From: Macrostomum hystrix
Taxonomy: Eukaryota > Animalia > Platyhelminthes
NCBI GenBank assembly: GCA_950097015.1
Contig: CATNEN010000001.1
Coordinates: forward strand, 18,600,001 to 18,664,000
Direction of reading: 5' to 3'
Length of the DNA: 64,000 nt
Shown here: piece after piece, positions 36,264 to 47,666 of the stretch
Position numbering within the stretch: the stretch's first letter is position 1
Layout: each line of letters opens with the position of its first letter
Translations under genes and position numbers: made by a program
The notes under the pieces: generated by a model
Database searches by the model: none
The model's input: the letters and a program-made list of their open reading frames with translations, nothing else
What the model was told of the DNA's origin: nothing

Positions 36264-37739
36264 CTAGTCTCGAAGCCATGGGTTCTTCACAAGATCATCA
36301 TTATCGATACCTCTACCAGTCGTATAGTCGAACGTCAGTTCTGTGCCCGTTGCAACATATTTATTTGTCACGAAATAAATGACGGGTCGCAGCCCCTGGT
36401 CGATAATAATGAGCTTTGCTTTACAGTTAGGAGCAGTAGAAGAATGGTTCAGGTACCTTCCCAATCCATCACTGTTGCTGGCGTCAATTACCCATAATTT
36501 GCCGTTAACTTCAAACTCAAATAGCATCCAGTCGGAGTTAGGTTCACATTCGCGTCTAATCGCTTCCTGTTCGTTCAGCAGGATTCCGGCGAATTGATCG
36601 ACAAACGCCCCCGCAGCTAGGTTGATTCTCGCAAAGGCGCCCAGTCCCTTCTCACCCGCAGGTGCAACAGCGATCGCGGTGTCTGTCTTCCCGTTGATGC
36701 CCAGTATGCGCTCGGTTGTATCTCTAGTGGATGTCGGGGGACGATAATCGACACTAGATCGGCTGAGCCTCTGAGCCGGCCTCTTCTTAACGGTCGGGTC
36801 AGGCAAAGGCTGTGCAGGGGGTGTAGTTAAACACAATTTAATTGTCAACTGCCTTTTATGCTTTTTTTTTTTTTTCATGCTTCTAAATCGCCCTTTTCTC
36901 CATCGCCTCTCTCACATTTCACTTGCTTGCTGACATCTCGTTTGCATCTTATCTCACTTAATCGGCCTCTACTTTTTACTCCCTCTTAATCCTCTCCTCT
37001 CTCATTAAGTTACTCAAAGAAAAACGATTACAGAAAAGGAAACTTTGCCCCAAAATCAGCTTTATACAGCCACACCATCTAACCGCACTCAATTGATTGA
37101 CGAACCTCTAATGGACATACTGCTAGGGCGATTCGTAAAGATTGATCCACGCGTGAGTTGCCTTCGCCCTCTTCCTCGCTGTCGGAGAAGGATAATTCGA
37201 CGTTGACCTCAGGGACAGCGCGTTTGTTAGTCTGAAAAATTAAACATTTTAAATATTTTCTCATGCAGAAACATGAGAATGTGCATAACAGAAATTAAGA
37301 CGCGGGCAACATTGCAAAGATTATAGTGGGAGATTATAGTTGCAGAGGGGAGAAGGAGAATACTTAGAAGGACAAGTTATTGAACAGGCAGGTAACATAC
37401 ATTATCATTCACCTGAAGTTCAGCCGTTGATGGAATTGCGCAAGAATGTCGCTTGAATCGGACTATAAGTCCCGGGCCAGTTTCGCAGGTCACCCTGACC
37501 TGATCAGCGCGTTGGGAAGTCTGGCAATGTATGCGTGCAATACGTGAGTGTACAATAGAAATATAACAAAAGAATAAAGGAAAAGTTGTAAACTTTTTAC
37601 AATCTCAAATAATTTGCTGCCTCTGAATTCTCACCTCATTGAGGGCGGTCGATACGCGCTTTAAACGAATTTTTAAACCGGGCGCTGCTGTGTCTGCACT
37701 TCCGCAGTCAAATATTAGCCACTGATCACTCATATCCAT
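36264..37739 (-). CDS. SET8/PR-Set7 (KMT5A)-like lysine methyltransferase, 294 aa (exons 37739-37635, 37520-37413, 37231-37106, 36809-36264)
   Basis: KGLG, IDAS...GLGRYLNHS, PNC, ELTFDY and the C-terminal PWL typical of SET8; three phase-0 GT-AG introns give a continuous ORF. Confidence 0.88.
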
Positions 37740-37867
37740 GAAATATTCAATACTTTTGTGATGACAATAAATCGCAAAATAATTTCCTGTGTAGTGTGTA
37801 ATGACTCTGAACGGGTTTGGGTGGGACCGATCAAGTGGGGTGGGGAGGGGAGCACACAGACTTTTTA

Positions 37868-37903
37868 TTTCTAGAAGTTTCTAGAAGTTGTTATTTCTAG
37901 AAG
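37868..37903. promoter_or_regulatory. Heat-shock-element-like array upstream of the SET gene
   Basis: tTTCt-aGAAg-tTTCt-aGAAg (four inverted nGAAn units) plus another TTCTAGAA, ~130 bp upstream of ATG 37739. Confidence 0.55.
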
Positions 37904-38565
37904 TCTCTGGGAGCACAGACCAAATGGATAAGATAAGGCAGGCTTTCCTTCTGTCTGTGGTGGGGAGACCAGTCATCAGTTTATCAGTTTTTATTTGAGC
38001 TGCTCCTTCCTCTTTTGGCCGTGCAAGTCCTGTGACCATGCAGAAGAGCTCTACTAGCTAGGCTGCTAGATGTTTACCGTTTCTAGCAGTCACTTCAATT
38101 AATGGGAATTAAGTGATTCTGGAAGCATGCTTGTTGCTAAACACTAAGCTTCTAAGTCAATGAGTACGCGTACAATAAAAGCAATTACGAAGATAATGAC
38201 ACGCTTTCGAATGCCTTATAAAATTAAATTCGATTTAAGAATTTCGTAAAAATGTGCGAAAGAACAAAGTTTTGGCATTAAAGTGTCAACGCGTTCTTCA
38301 GGCAACGGACGGCAAGAAAAATGGACTCCTGTTATCGGAGACCACACACCGCCTCAAATAAACCTTATCGCTTATCATTCCCGATTCCCGGTATTTATTT
38401 TGCTATTCGGCCTTTGCTGCTCAATATCAGTATACAGTTTACAGGGATACAGGGAGTATACAGTTTTTTACATTTGTACATTTTTATGTCTGTAGTCAAA
38501 TTGATGCAAAACATTAACAGTCAAAATTACATTTGCTGACAAGGGTGGAACAGAATGCGATTCCA

Positions 38566-41319
38566 CTAATCAACACCAGAGAGAGGAATCACCAGCCATG
38601 CCTTTCCGGTCTTGCGCGGGAACAGAAAGCACTTCCTGTGGGGAGTGCCAGTAACAAAAGATCGTGTTTTACAATAGACTCCGATACCCAGTTTTGAGGA
38701 CGGATATGGATAGTCATACAAGTCCTTTTGCAGCGACAACATATTGCCAGTTACTTGGTCACCAAGAACAGAAGAAATCCGAACAACTGAGCCATTCACG
38801 AAGCAACAGTTGTCGGGCATCTTAACAGAGTACTTAATGGGCTGAATTGGGTTGCTGACTAGTAAGTCGCGAAGTGAAAGCATTTGATTTAGCAAGTAAG
38901 ATGATACAAAGCGCGTTACTCGAAGGCGACCCTTTAAGTGAGAGAGGTAGTTCTCATATGGAAAGGCCGAAAAGTTGGACACATTTCCACGTTTCCTCGC
39001 GTATTGAAACAAGTGCAAAAGAACGTGAGCATTGTGAGTCATGAAACTGTTGCCGTACAGTTGAGCTGCGTCATACACAAAAAGTTTCAAGGCAGATTCA
39101 GCGGCATCAAGAAGTTCAGGCTGTGGGCTATCAGAGCAAAGAACATAACAGGCGAAGTGAAATAGAAGAAAATGCCTGTACAACTCTGTTGGCAGAAATT
39201 TGCGAAAAAAATACGGGCCCACATACAAAGTCCACGTGCGGAACTCGCTGGCTTTGAAATGTCCGAGTTCTCGGTCGATTCTCCAACGGCGTCTTTGGAA
39301 ATTTGTCGGTGTATATATAGCACGTGATTCGGCAAAATCAGAAAGTGCGGAAACTTGATCCGGCCTAATTTTGCGCCGCCGTCCGTCATCCACCGCAAAG
39401 AGGAATGTGAAAAGACGCCTAGCGACGCCTAGAAAGAGCAGGTGCATTGGCTCCGGTGGGCAAGCATCAGGTAGTTGCAAGCCTGGCAGTGACAGGAGCG
39501 GACTTGGTTCATGCCGCTGGTTGGATTCCCTGCAGTAGTTGTTGGCGATAAAGACTAGTAATAATAATAATTGATTACACCTGCCCCAATCGACAGCACA
39601 GCCGCAGCTAATGCGCGGCGCATCTGAAGGCTGCGTACGGCTGTTCAGTCCATGGACTGGGAGGACGCCATACATCCACCTTCAATTACCCCAGCTAATG
39701 CTGGTACCTATTTAACAGCTGGGTGAACCGAAGCACTGCAGAGTTAAGTGTCTTGCTAAAGGACACAAATTTTTTTAGTGGAGTCGGGAATAGAGCTATT
39801 GTATATTACTGTATATTGAATATTGTATATTTCATATTGTATATAGCAAGTATGTGAATAATTTTTGAGATTTAAAAGGACAGCCATTATATAGACAGTC
39901 TGAATCGGAATCACATTTCTTTAGTTGCCATATCCCGATACAGCCATTTGCATATTTATATGATTAACTGATTCACGTATTAAGACAACGTCAGGTCAGG
40001 TTCGTAGACATGTAAAAAACATGTCAGATATCCTGCCATGTAGGCATATACAGATGTATAAGCTGGTATACAAAATTCACAAAAGCACACACACATACAC
40101 ACAACCCCATGCACACACACGCACCTATTAAAACGGTAATCCTCAGCTGTGCGACACTCTCCGACTTCGACAGGGTAGACTATTCGCCGGTCGACCGTCT
40201 GGGCTACCACTCTGCAGTAGGGGCAGCCGTGATGTGCGTTGTGGCCCAAAGTTGCGGTAATGAAGGACCGCGCTGGCGTGTCGCAAATGAACGTGATGTT
40301 CCTGATGTGGATTAGCACCCCATCAACTTCGACAAAGTCGGTCATGAAGGACTGCAGCTCCTTGATGAAGTCGGCCAGGTACTCGGTAAGAGGTGGTTTA
40401 CCCAACCCAGCATACACAGCAACAGGAAGTGGGCGACAGAATCTCGAAAACTTAACGATAATAGGCCATGCCGCGTAGTTTGACGAATTGTAAATCGGCA
40501 TTCCGTCAATGCCAACATCACTGTCCAGTTCCAACCTTGCTCTGTCATTCTGGGTGGCTTCCGGATTTCCAAGATCCAACATGCCGCCGCGAATCAGGAA
40601 CGCCAGGTTCGAAGCAATACCGATGTAGGAAAAGTGTCCACTACCCATGGTGTACTTTTGTATTTGTACTGCTTCAGCCGAAGGTTCTTTGCGCAGACGG
40701 TGCACTGTTCTTGCGACCGGCAGGCCTCGGCAGACTAGAACATTGAGCAGGAACTGCATCGTTCGATGTGAGATGTTGTAACGAACGAAGAATATTAGAA
40801 GCTCCTCATTCAGGCTCTCCAATGATGGCTTTGCTGTTTGGCCTGGGTCCCCATCTTCCGCATCTGTTGACAAGTGATCGGCGTAGTCGAACTCATCAGC
40901 CTCACTTTCGTCGAAAGCCTCGTTAATAGCTGATAAATGCATGGGGTCACAGGCATTGACACCGGCACTGGTAGAATCAGGCCGCGAATCCTCAGGTGGA
41001 ATGAGGCTTGCGCCATCTGCATGGGAAGATGCAACCTCCTGATTGAAAATAAAGAGGAAAAAAAGAAGACGATGAAACTGTGCATAAAATTCGAGGCAAT
41101 CAATCAAACCTATCACCCTGTCAATCCTGCCTGTCTGCCCCACCCTCGTCAAATTTCTTTACAAAATTGCATGAAACTTAAATAGAATCTCAATAAGAAT
41201 TGAAAACTCACTTGGTCCATTACTAAATCACTGTCCGCAAGGTCAAGTAGGTTCTTTGTGAACCAATTTTGAAACTTTCGTCGTGGGTTCGTGTCACCTT
41301 TAGTCCGTCTTTTAGACAT
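38566..41319 (-). CDS. EnSpm/CACTA-like (CMC superfamily) transposase, 661 aa (exons 41319-41212, 41038-40125, 39529-38566)
   Basis: IDGMPIYNSS..WPI, CDTPARSF...GHNAHHGCPYC, EPMHLLFLGV, FKASEFRTW, THNAHVLLHL, FSAFPYENYL; exon phases join without stops. Confidence 0.88.
39557..39792 (-). mobile_element. SINE family B inside transposase intron 2
   Basis: Family-B body and tail between transposase exons 2 and 3. Confidence 0.78.
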
Positions 41320-41743
41320 TTTGTGAGTAAGTGATGGTTATGAAAGGCTAATAGATGGGATATATTGAAAATAAAATTGCTGTAAATTAACCCGGGAAAA
41401 TAATATTACTAGAGCCTAGAGGTCTGTAAATTACAATTCATTAGTTTACTAAAATTGCTAGTTTACTTGCCTTTGTCGAGACTCGGCTCGAGCCGGCTCG
41501 GCTCGGCTCGCTCTTGGCTCGGATTGGCTCTGTCGGATGCCGCGCGGCGCGGGCAAGTTTTCATTGGCTTGTGTCCAATAAAGCTTTGAGAAGGCGGGGA
41601 CCCACCTGTGGCATATCTGCACGTATGGCTCATATATAAATAGATGATCAATCGTTGTTGAGCAATTTTATAGTTGCAACTTCTCCCACCAGATCACTAA
41701 AATTCCCTCAACTAACTTCCTTCAACCTTCCTTCAACAAAAAA

Positions 41744-42088
41744 ATGAATAGCAACAGCAGCGACAGCAACAGCATCAACAGCAGCCAATGCCATGTCCAT
41801 GGCCTGGATGTTCATGACGATGTCAATGAGTTAAAATTTCATTTGTTCCCGGCACAGTTCCGGGCGAACGTTCTGGCCAATGCCACCACCAAACTGGATG
41901 AGGCCATCCAGTCGTGCCTCGTCGCTGCGGAAGAGATGGCGGCGACAGTGGCCTGGACGCCCGCACGGCGCCGGGCACAGGACGCGCTGAATGAAGCAAC
42001 GCGTCGTGTGAATCTGGCCATGATTCGGATGGCCAGAGCTCGCCGCATAGCGGCGGGCCTGGACCCATATGTGAGTAGTCGCTTTTGA
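41744..42088 (+). CDS. Small helical protein of unknown function, divergent from the transposase (may splice at ~42070)
   Basis: ATG ORF ~100 bp after TATATAAA; GTGAGT donor-like site near its end. Confidence 0.45.
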   Translation: MNSNSSDSNSINSSQCHVHGLDVHDDVNELKFHLFPAQFRANVLANATTKLDEAIQSCLVAAEEMAATVAWTPARRRAQDALNEATRRVNLAMIRMARARRIAAGLDPYVSSRF

Positions 42089-43241
42089 ATATAATTATTA
42101 TTAGAATATTTATTAACGCATCTGATCTGATAACCGAGCTAATAAGCTAAATGAAACTGAAACCCATCTTTTATATCGCAGCCGGGCGTCCTGTGAATCG
42201 CTGCAGGGCAGCAGATCGGCCGGCTGACCGGGACCAGCTGACCAATTTAAGTGGCGATAATTGCACTTATTGACAATAATAATTTATAAATAACTGTATT
42301 AATGTTGTGTTTAATATTTTTGCACAAATACGCACGCGCACATTTTTAGATAAATAAATGTTCAAAAAATACCCATTTACACAAAAAATACACAAGCCAT
42401 AATTTTTCATCGCCGTCTTCAATTTTTTGTGTGCCACTGGCACTGGTTGGTTGGATTTCTGTAGTTGTTGACTTGACAATAAGGAATAGTTTTGTATATA
42501 TACAATACATAGTATTAGTATGTATGTGAAACCTTATTGAGAAATCAAAGGACATCAGGACAATTACACAGTCTGAATCAAGACAGTCTGAATCGGAATC
42601 ATAGTTCTTAATCATAGTCGTACAAATCGTGTATATGAGAGACGGTTACAAGACAGCATACATTGTTGATAACGCATTCCTAATTATTTAGCCATTTAGT
42701 TGAAAAAAACACATGAAAGAAATTAATTCTGTTGTCAGCTTCTGTAGGCTCACCATATACATAGTAGGCGTGTCTAGCAATTCTAGTAATCATGAGTTCT
42801 GAGTTCTGACCGGCAGATTGTAATGATATCATTGCAACGATTGCTAGATAAGCTAGACTATCATGCATATTGTAATATTTGCATCGCAACGGAAAAAAAG
42901 AATCACCATCAACGCTAGTAGATGGTGATCAACGATATTAAACGCAAACTACAGTAAATACCCGGTAAATTACAGATACTTAAGGTAAGTAAATTACAAT
43001 AAATTCAATTACTACAAAAGCTAGTTTGCCTTTGTCGAGTCATTCGCTCGAGCCGTTCGCTATTGGCTCAGCTCGCTCTAACCGGATTGGCTCTGTCGGA
43101 TTCCACGCTTTTGCATTAGCTCTTGTCCAGTAAAGCTTTGAGAAGGCGGGGTCCCAACGGAGCATATCTGCACGTACGTAGCTCGTATATGAATAGTTGA
43201 TCAATCTTTGTTGAGCAACTTTATAGTCTCTAGAAAATTTC

Positions 43242-46200
43242 ACCCGTGTTGACACGGTAGTCAGCCTAAGAAACGATTTCGGAGCATGCACGAGGAGCGC
43301 ATCATAGGCTACTCGGCGCATGCTCCGTGTTCTAAGAGCATGCTCTTTCAGTTTAATTAGGCTCGATAGTCCAATTTAATAGGGAGGATCTACGCTACAC
43401 TGCAGAAATAGACGCTTAGTATTAGTTATATAGCAAGTAGTTATATAGCAATTAGCTATATATAAATGTATTTTTAGTAGTAGTATTTTAATTTGTACAG
43501 TATTTAAATGTGAGAATCTATTCTAAATGCCAAAAAGACTCTTGACAATTCAAGATAGAAGAGAAGCTCTCTACTGCATTATTGTAATCCTTTATGATAT
43601 CTATTTAGGGGTCCAATGGTGCACAATAGAATCGATAATTGGCTTGAACAAAACTGTCAGTTAGTTAATAAAAAGGCTAGAACTAGTTTAGCTGCATGCC
43701 TGTATAGTATTTTTTGAACTAAAATTGCATTCTAGCTGTCTTAAATGGGCAAGTATTAATATTAGGCCTAATATTAGCTAGGCCTATTAGCTTTCTTTTT
43801 GGATTTAGGCCCAATTTAAATTGTTGATGTACCTGATCCCCTAAATTTATAATTACTTCTATGTATTGACTTGTAAATGAATAATTCAGCTAGCTTACTA
43901 TCACATACTAGGCTTATAGCTATAGTCAAAGGCTTAAATAAATAACCATAAATTATTCCAATGCCATTGCAATGTCTATATGCATAAGTAACCAAGGCTT
44001 TTACATATAATTTATTAAATATAAAATCAAATGTCCATAGCTCTATAATCTATATATACAGTCCATTTCATAAGCTAATATAGCCTGCCTGTCTAAGGCA
44101 ATAAATAGGCAGGGGCTAGATAGTAGAGCTTGTAGTAGGCTAGCTGGTAGGGCTAGCTAGTAGGGGCAGGCTGGTAGGGGCTAGATGGTAGAGCTGTTAG
44201 GGGATAGCTAGTAGGGGCTAGATAGTAGAGCTGTTAGGGGATAACTGGTAGTGGCTAGCATAGGCCTAGATAATAGAGTTAGGGGATAGCATAGTTGGTA
44301 AGGCTAGCTAGTAGGGGCAGGCTGGTAGGGGCTAGATGGTAGAGCTGTTAGGGGATAACTGGTAGTGGCTAGCATAGGCCTAGATAATAGAGTTAGGGAA
44401 TAGCATAGTTGGTAGGGATAGCTAGTAGGGGCTAGATGGTAGAGCTGTTAGGGGATAGCTGGTAGCAGCTAGCATAGGCCTAGATAATAGAGTTAGGGGA
44501 TAGCTGGTAGGGCTAGCTAGTAGGGGCAGGCTGGTAGGGGCTAGATGGTAGAGCTGTTAGGGGATAACTGGTAGCCTAGGGGCTAGATAGTAGAGCTGTT
44601 AGGGGATAGCTAGTAGGGGCTAGATAGTAGATCTGTTAGGGGATAACTGGTAGTGGCTAGCATAGGCCTAGATAATAGAGTTAGGGGATAGCATAGTTGG
44701 TAAGGCTAGCTAGTAGGGGCAGGCTGGTAGGGGCTAGATGGTAGAGCTGTTAGGGGATAGCTGGTAGCAGCTAGCATAGGCCTAGATAATAGAGTTAGGG
44801 GATAACTGGTAGGGCTAGCTAGCCAGTAGGGGCAGGCTGGTAGGGGCTAGATGGTAGAGCTGTTAGGGGATAACTGGTAGCCTAGGGGCTAGATAGTAGA
44901 GCTGTTAGGGGATAGCTAGTAGGGGCTAGATAGTAGATCTGTTAGGGGATAACTGGTAGTGGCTAGCATAGGCCTAGATAATAGAGTTAGGGGATAGCAT
45001 AGTTGGTAAGGCTAGCTAGTAGGGGCAGGATGGTAGGGGCTAGATGGTAGAGCTGTTAGGGGATAACTGGTAGTGGCTAGCATAGGCCTAGATAATAGAG
45101 TTAGGGAATAGCATAGTTGGTAGGGATAGCTAGTAGGGGCTAGATGGTAGAGCTGTTAGGGGATAGCTGGTAGCAGCTAGCATAGGCCTAGATAATAGAG
45201 TTAGGGGATAGCTGGTAGGGCTAGCTAGTAGGGGCAGGCTGTTAGGGGCTAGATGGTAGAGCTGTTAGGGGATAACTGGTAGCCTAGGGGCTAGATAGTA
45301 GAGCTGTTAGGGGATAGCTAGTAGGGGCTAGATAGTAGAGCTGTTAGGGGATAGCTAGTAGGGGCTAGATAGTAGAGCTGTTAGGGGATAACTGGTAGTG
45401 GCTAGCATAGGCCTAGATAATAGAGTTAGGGGATAACTGGTAGGGCTAGCTAGCCAGTAGGGGCAGGCTGGTAGGGGCTAGATGGTAGAGCTGTTAGGGG
45501 ATAACTGGTAGCCTAGGGGCTAGATAGTAGAGCTGTTAGGGGATAGCTAGTAGGGGCTAGATAGTAGAGCTGTTAGGGGATAACTGGTAGTGGCTAGCAT
45601 AGGCCTAGATAATAGAGTTAGGGGATAGCATAGTTGGTAGGGCTAGCTAGTAGGGGCTAGATGGTAGAGCTGTTAGGGGATAACTGGTAGTGGCTAGCAT
45701 AGGCCTAGATAATAGAGTTAGGGAATAGCATAGTTGGTAGGGCTAGCTAGTAGGGGCAGGCTGGTAGGGGCTAGATGGTAGAGCTGTTAGGGGATAACTG
45801 GTAGTGGCTAGCATAGGCCTAGATAATAGAGTTAGGGGATAGCATAGTTGGTAGGGCTAGCTAGTAGGGGCAGGCTGGTAGGGGCTAGATGGTAGAGCTG
45901 TTAGGGGATAACTGGTAGTGGCTAGCATAGGCCTAGATAATAGAGTTAGGGGATAGCATAGTTGGTAGGGCTAGCTAGTAGGGGCAGGCTGGTAGGGGCT
46001 AGATGGTAGAGCTGTTAGGGGATAACTGGTAGTGGCTAGCATAGGCCTAGATAATAGAGTTAGGGAATAGCATAGTTGGTAGGGATAGCTAGTAGGGGCT
46101 AGATGGTAGAGCTGTTAGGGGATAGCTGGTAGCAGCTAGCATAGGCCTAGATAATAGAGTTAGGGGATAGCTGTTAGGGGATAACTGGTAGCCTAGGGGC

Positions 46201-47291
46201 TAGATAGTAGAGCTGTTAGGGGATAGCTAGTAGGGGCTAGATAGTAGATCTGTTAGGGGATAACTGGTAGTGGCTAGCATAGGCCTAGATAATAGAGTTA
46301 GGGGATAGCATAGTTGGTAAGGCTAGCTAGTAGGGGCAGGCTGGTAGGGGCTAGATGGTAGAGCTGTTAGGGGATAGCTGGTAGCAGCTAGCATAGGCCT
46401 AGATAATAGAGTTAGGGAATAGCATAGTTGGTAGGGCTAGCTAGTAGGGGCTAGATGGTAGAGCTGTTAGGGGATAGCTGGTAGCAGCTAGCATAGGCCT
46501 AGATAATAGAGTTAGGGGATAACTGGTAGGGCTAGCTAGCCAGTAGGGGCAGGCTGGTAGGGGCTAGATGGTAGAGCTGTTAGGGGATAACTGGTAGCCT
46601 AGGGGCTAGATAGTAGAGCTGTTAGGGGATAGCTAGTAGGGGCTAGATAGTAGAGCTGTTAGGGGATAACTGGTAGTGGCTAGCATAGGCCTAGATAATA
46701 GAGTTAGGGGATAGCATAGTTGGTAGGGCTAGCTAGTAGGGGCAGGCTGGTAGGGGCTAGATAGTAGAGCTGTTAGGTGATAGCTGGTAGGGCTAGTTAG
46801 TAGGGGATAGCTAATAGGGGCTAGCTGGTAGGGGCTAGATAGTAGAGCTGTTAGGGGATAGCTGGAAGGGCTAGCTAGTAGAGGCTAGATGGTAGAGCTG
46901 TTAGGGGCTAGCTGGTAGGGGCTGGAATAAATAAGAGAGTTAGGGGATAGCTGGTTGGGGCTAGGTAGTAGAACTTTTAGGGGATAGCTGGTAGGGCTAC
47001 TTAGTAGGGGATAGCTGGTAGGGGCTAGATAGTAGAGCTGTTAGGGGATAGCTGGTAGGGGCTAGAAAAAAAATAATAGAGTTTGAGGCTAGCTGGTAGG
47101 GGCTAGAAAAGATAATAGAGCTGTTAGGGGATAGCTGGTAAGGCTAGCTAGTAGGGGCTAGCTGATAGGGGCTGGTAGAGGCAAGCTAGTGGGGTTGGTT
47201 GGAGCTAGCTTGTAGGGCTGGCAGGGCAGGTTGGGGTTGGGGCTAGCTGGCAGGCTGGTTGGGGCTAGATGGTAGGGCTTGTTGGGGCAGG
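43242..47291 (+). repeat. Left TIR: ~860 bp unique sequence plus a G-rich CTAG/TTAGGGG satellite
   Basis: Reverse complement of 58676-61320; the outer part is near-identical and the satellite differs in unit number and order. Confidence 0.92.
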
Positions 47292-47666
47292 CTGGTAGGT
47301 GCTAGCAGTATGTGCTGGCTAGTAGGGGCAAGCTGGTAGGGCTGGTAGCTCATAAGGGCTACTGATAAGGTTAGCTGGTAGGGTCTAGCAGGTAGAGCTT
47401 GCTGGCAGGGGCTTGCTCTAGCTGTCAGGGGCTAACTGAAATATGGCAAGAGATGCTATGAACCTAAGTATGAACCTAACTATGAACCTATGAACCTAAC
47501 CTAAGCTAGTGGGAACATAAATGGGTTTGGCAAGAACACGGGATGTGGCAGATCGCTGGAGTGAAAATAGTTTTGCGGAAATTTAGCATCTTTGTTTTTT
47601 TACGTCTAGATCTATTTGTGTATTTATAAATTCATTCGTTGTACTTTTACGCTTCTTTCAGCAAAT

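Noticed and set aside
44106-47330. Interstitial telomere or chromosome fusion site
   Set aside because: No pure (TTAGGG)n; the motif is embedded in longer modules inside paired TIRs bounded by a TSD.
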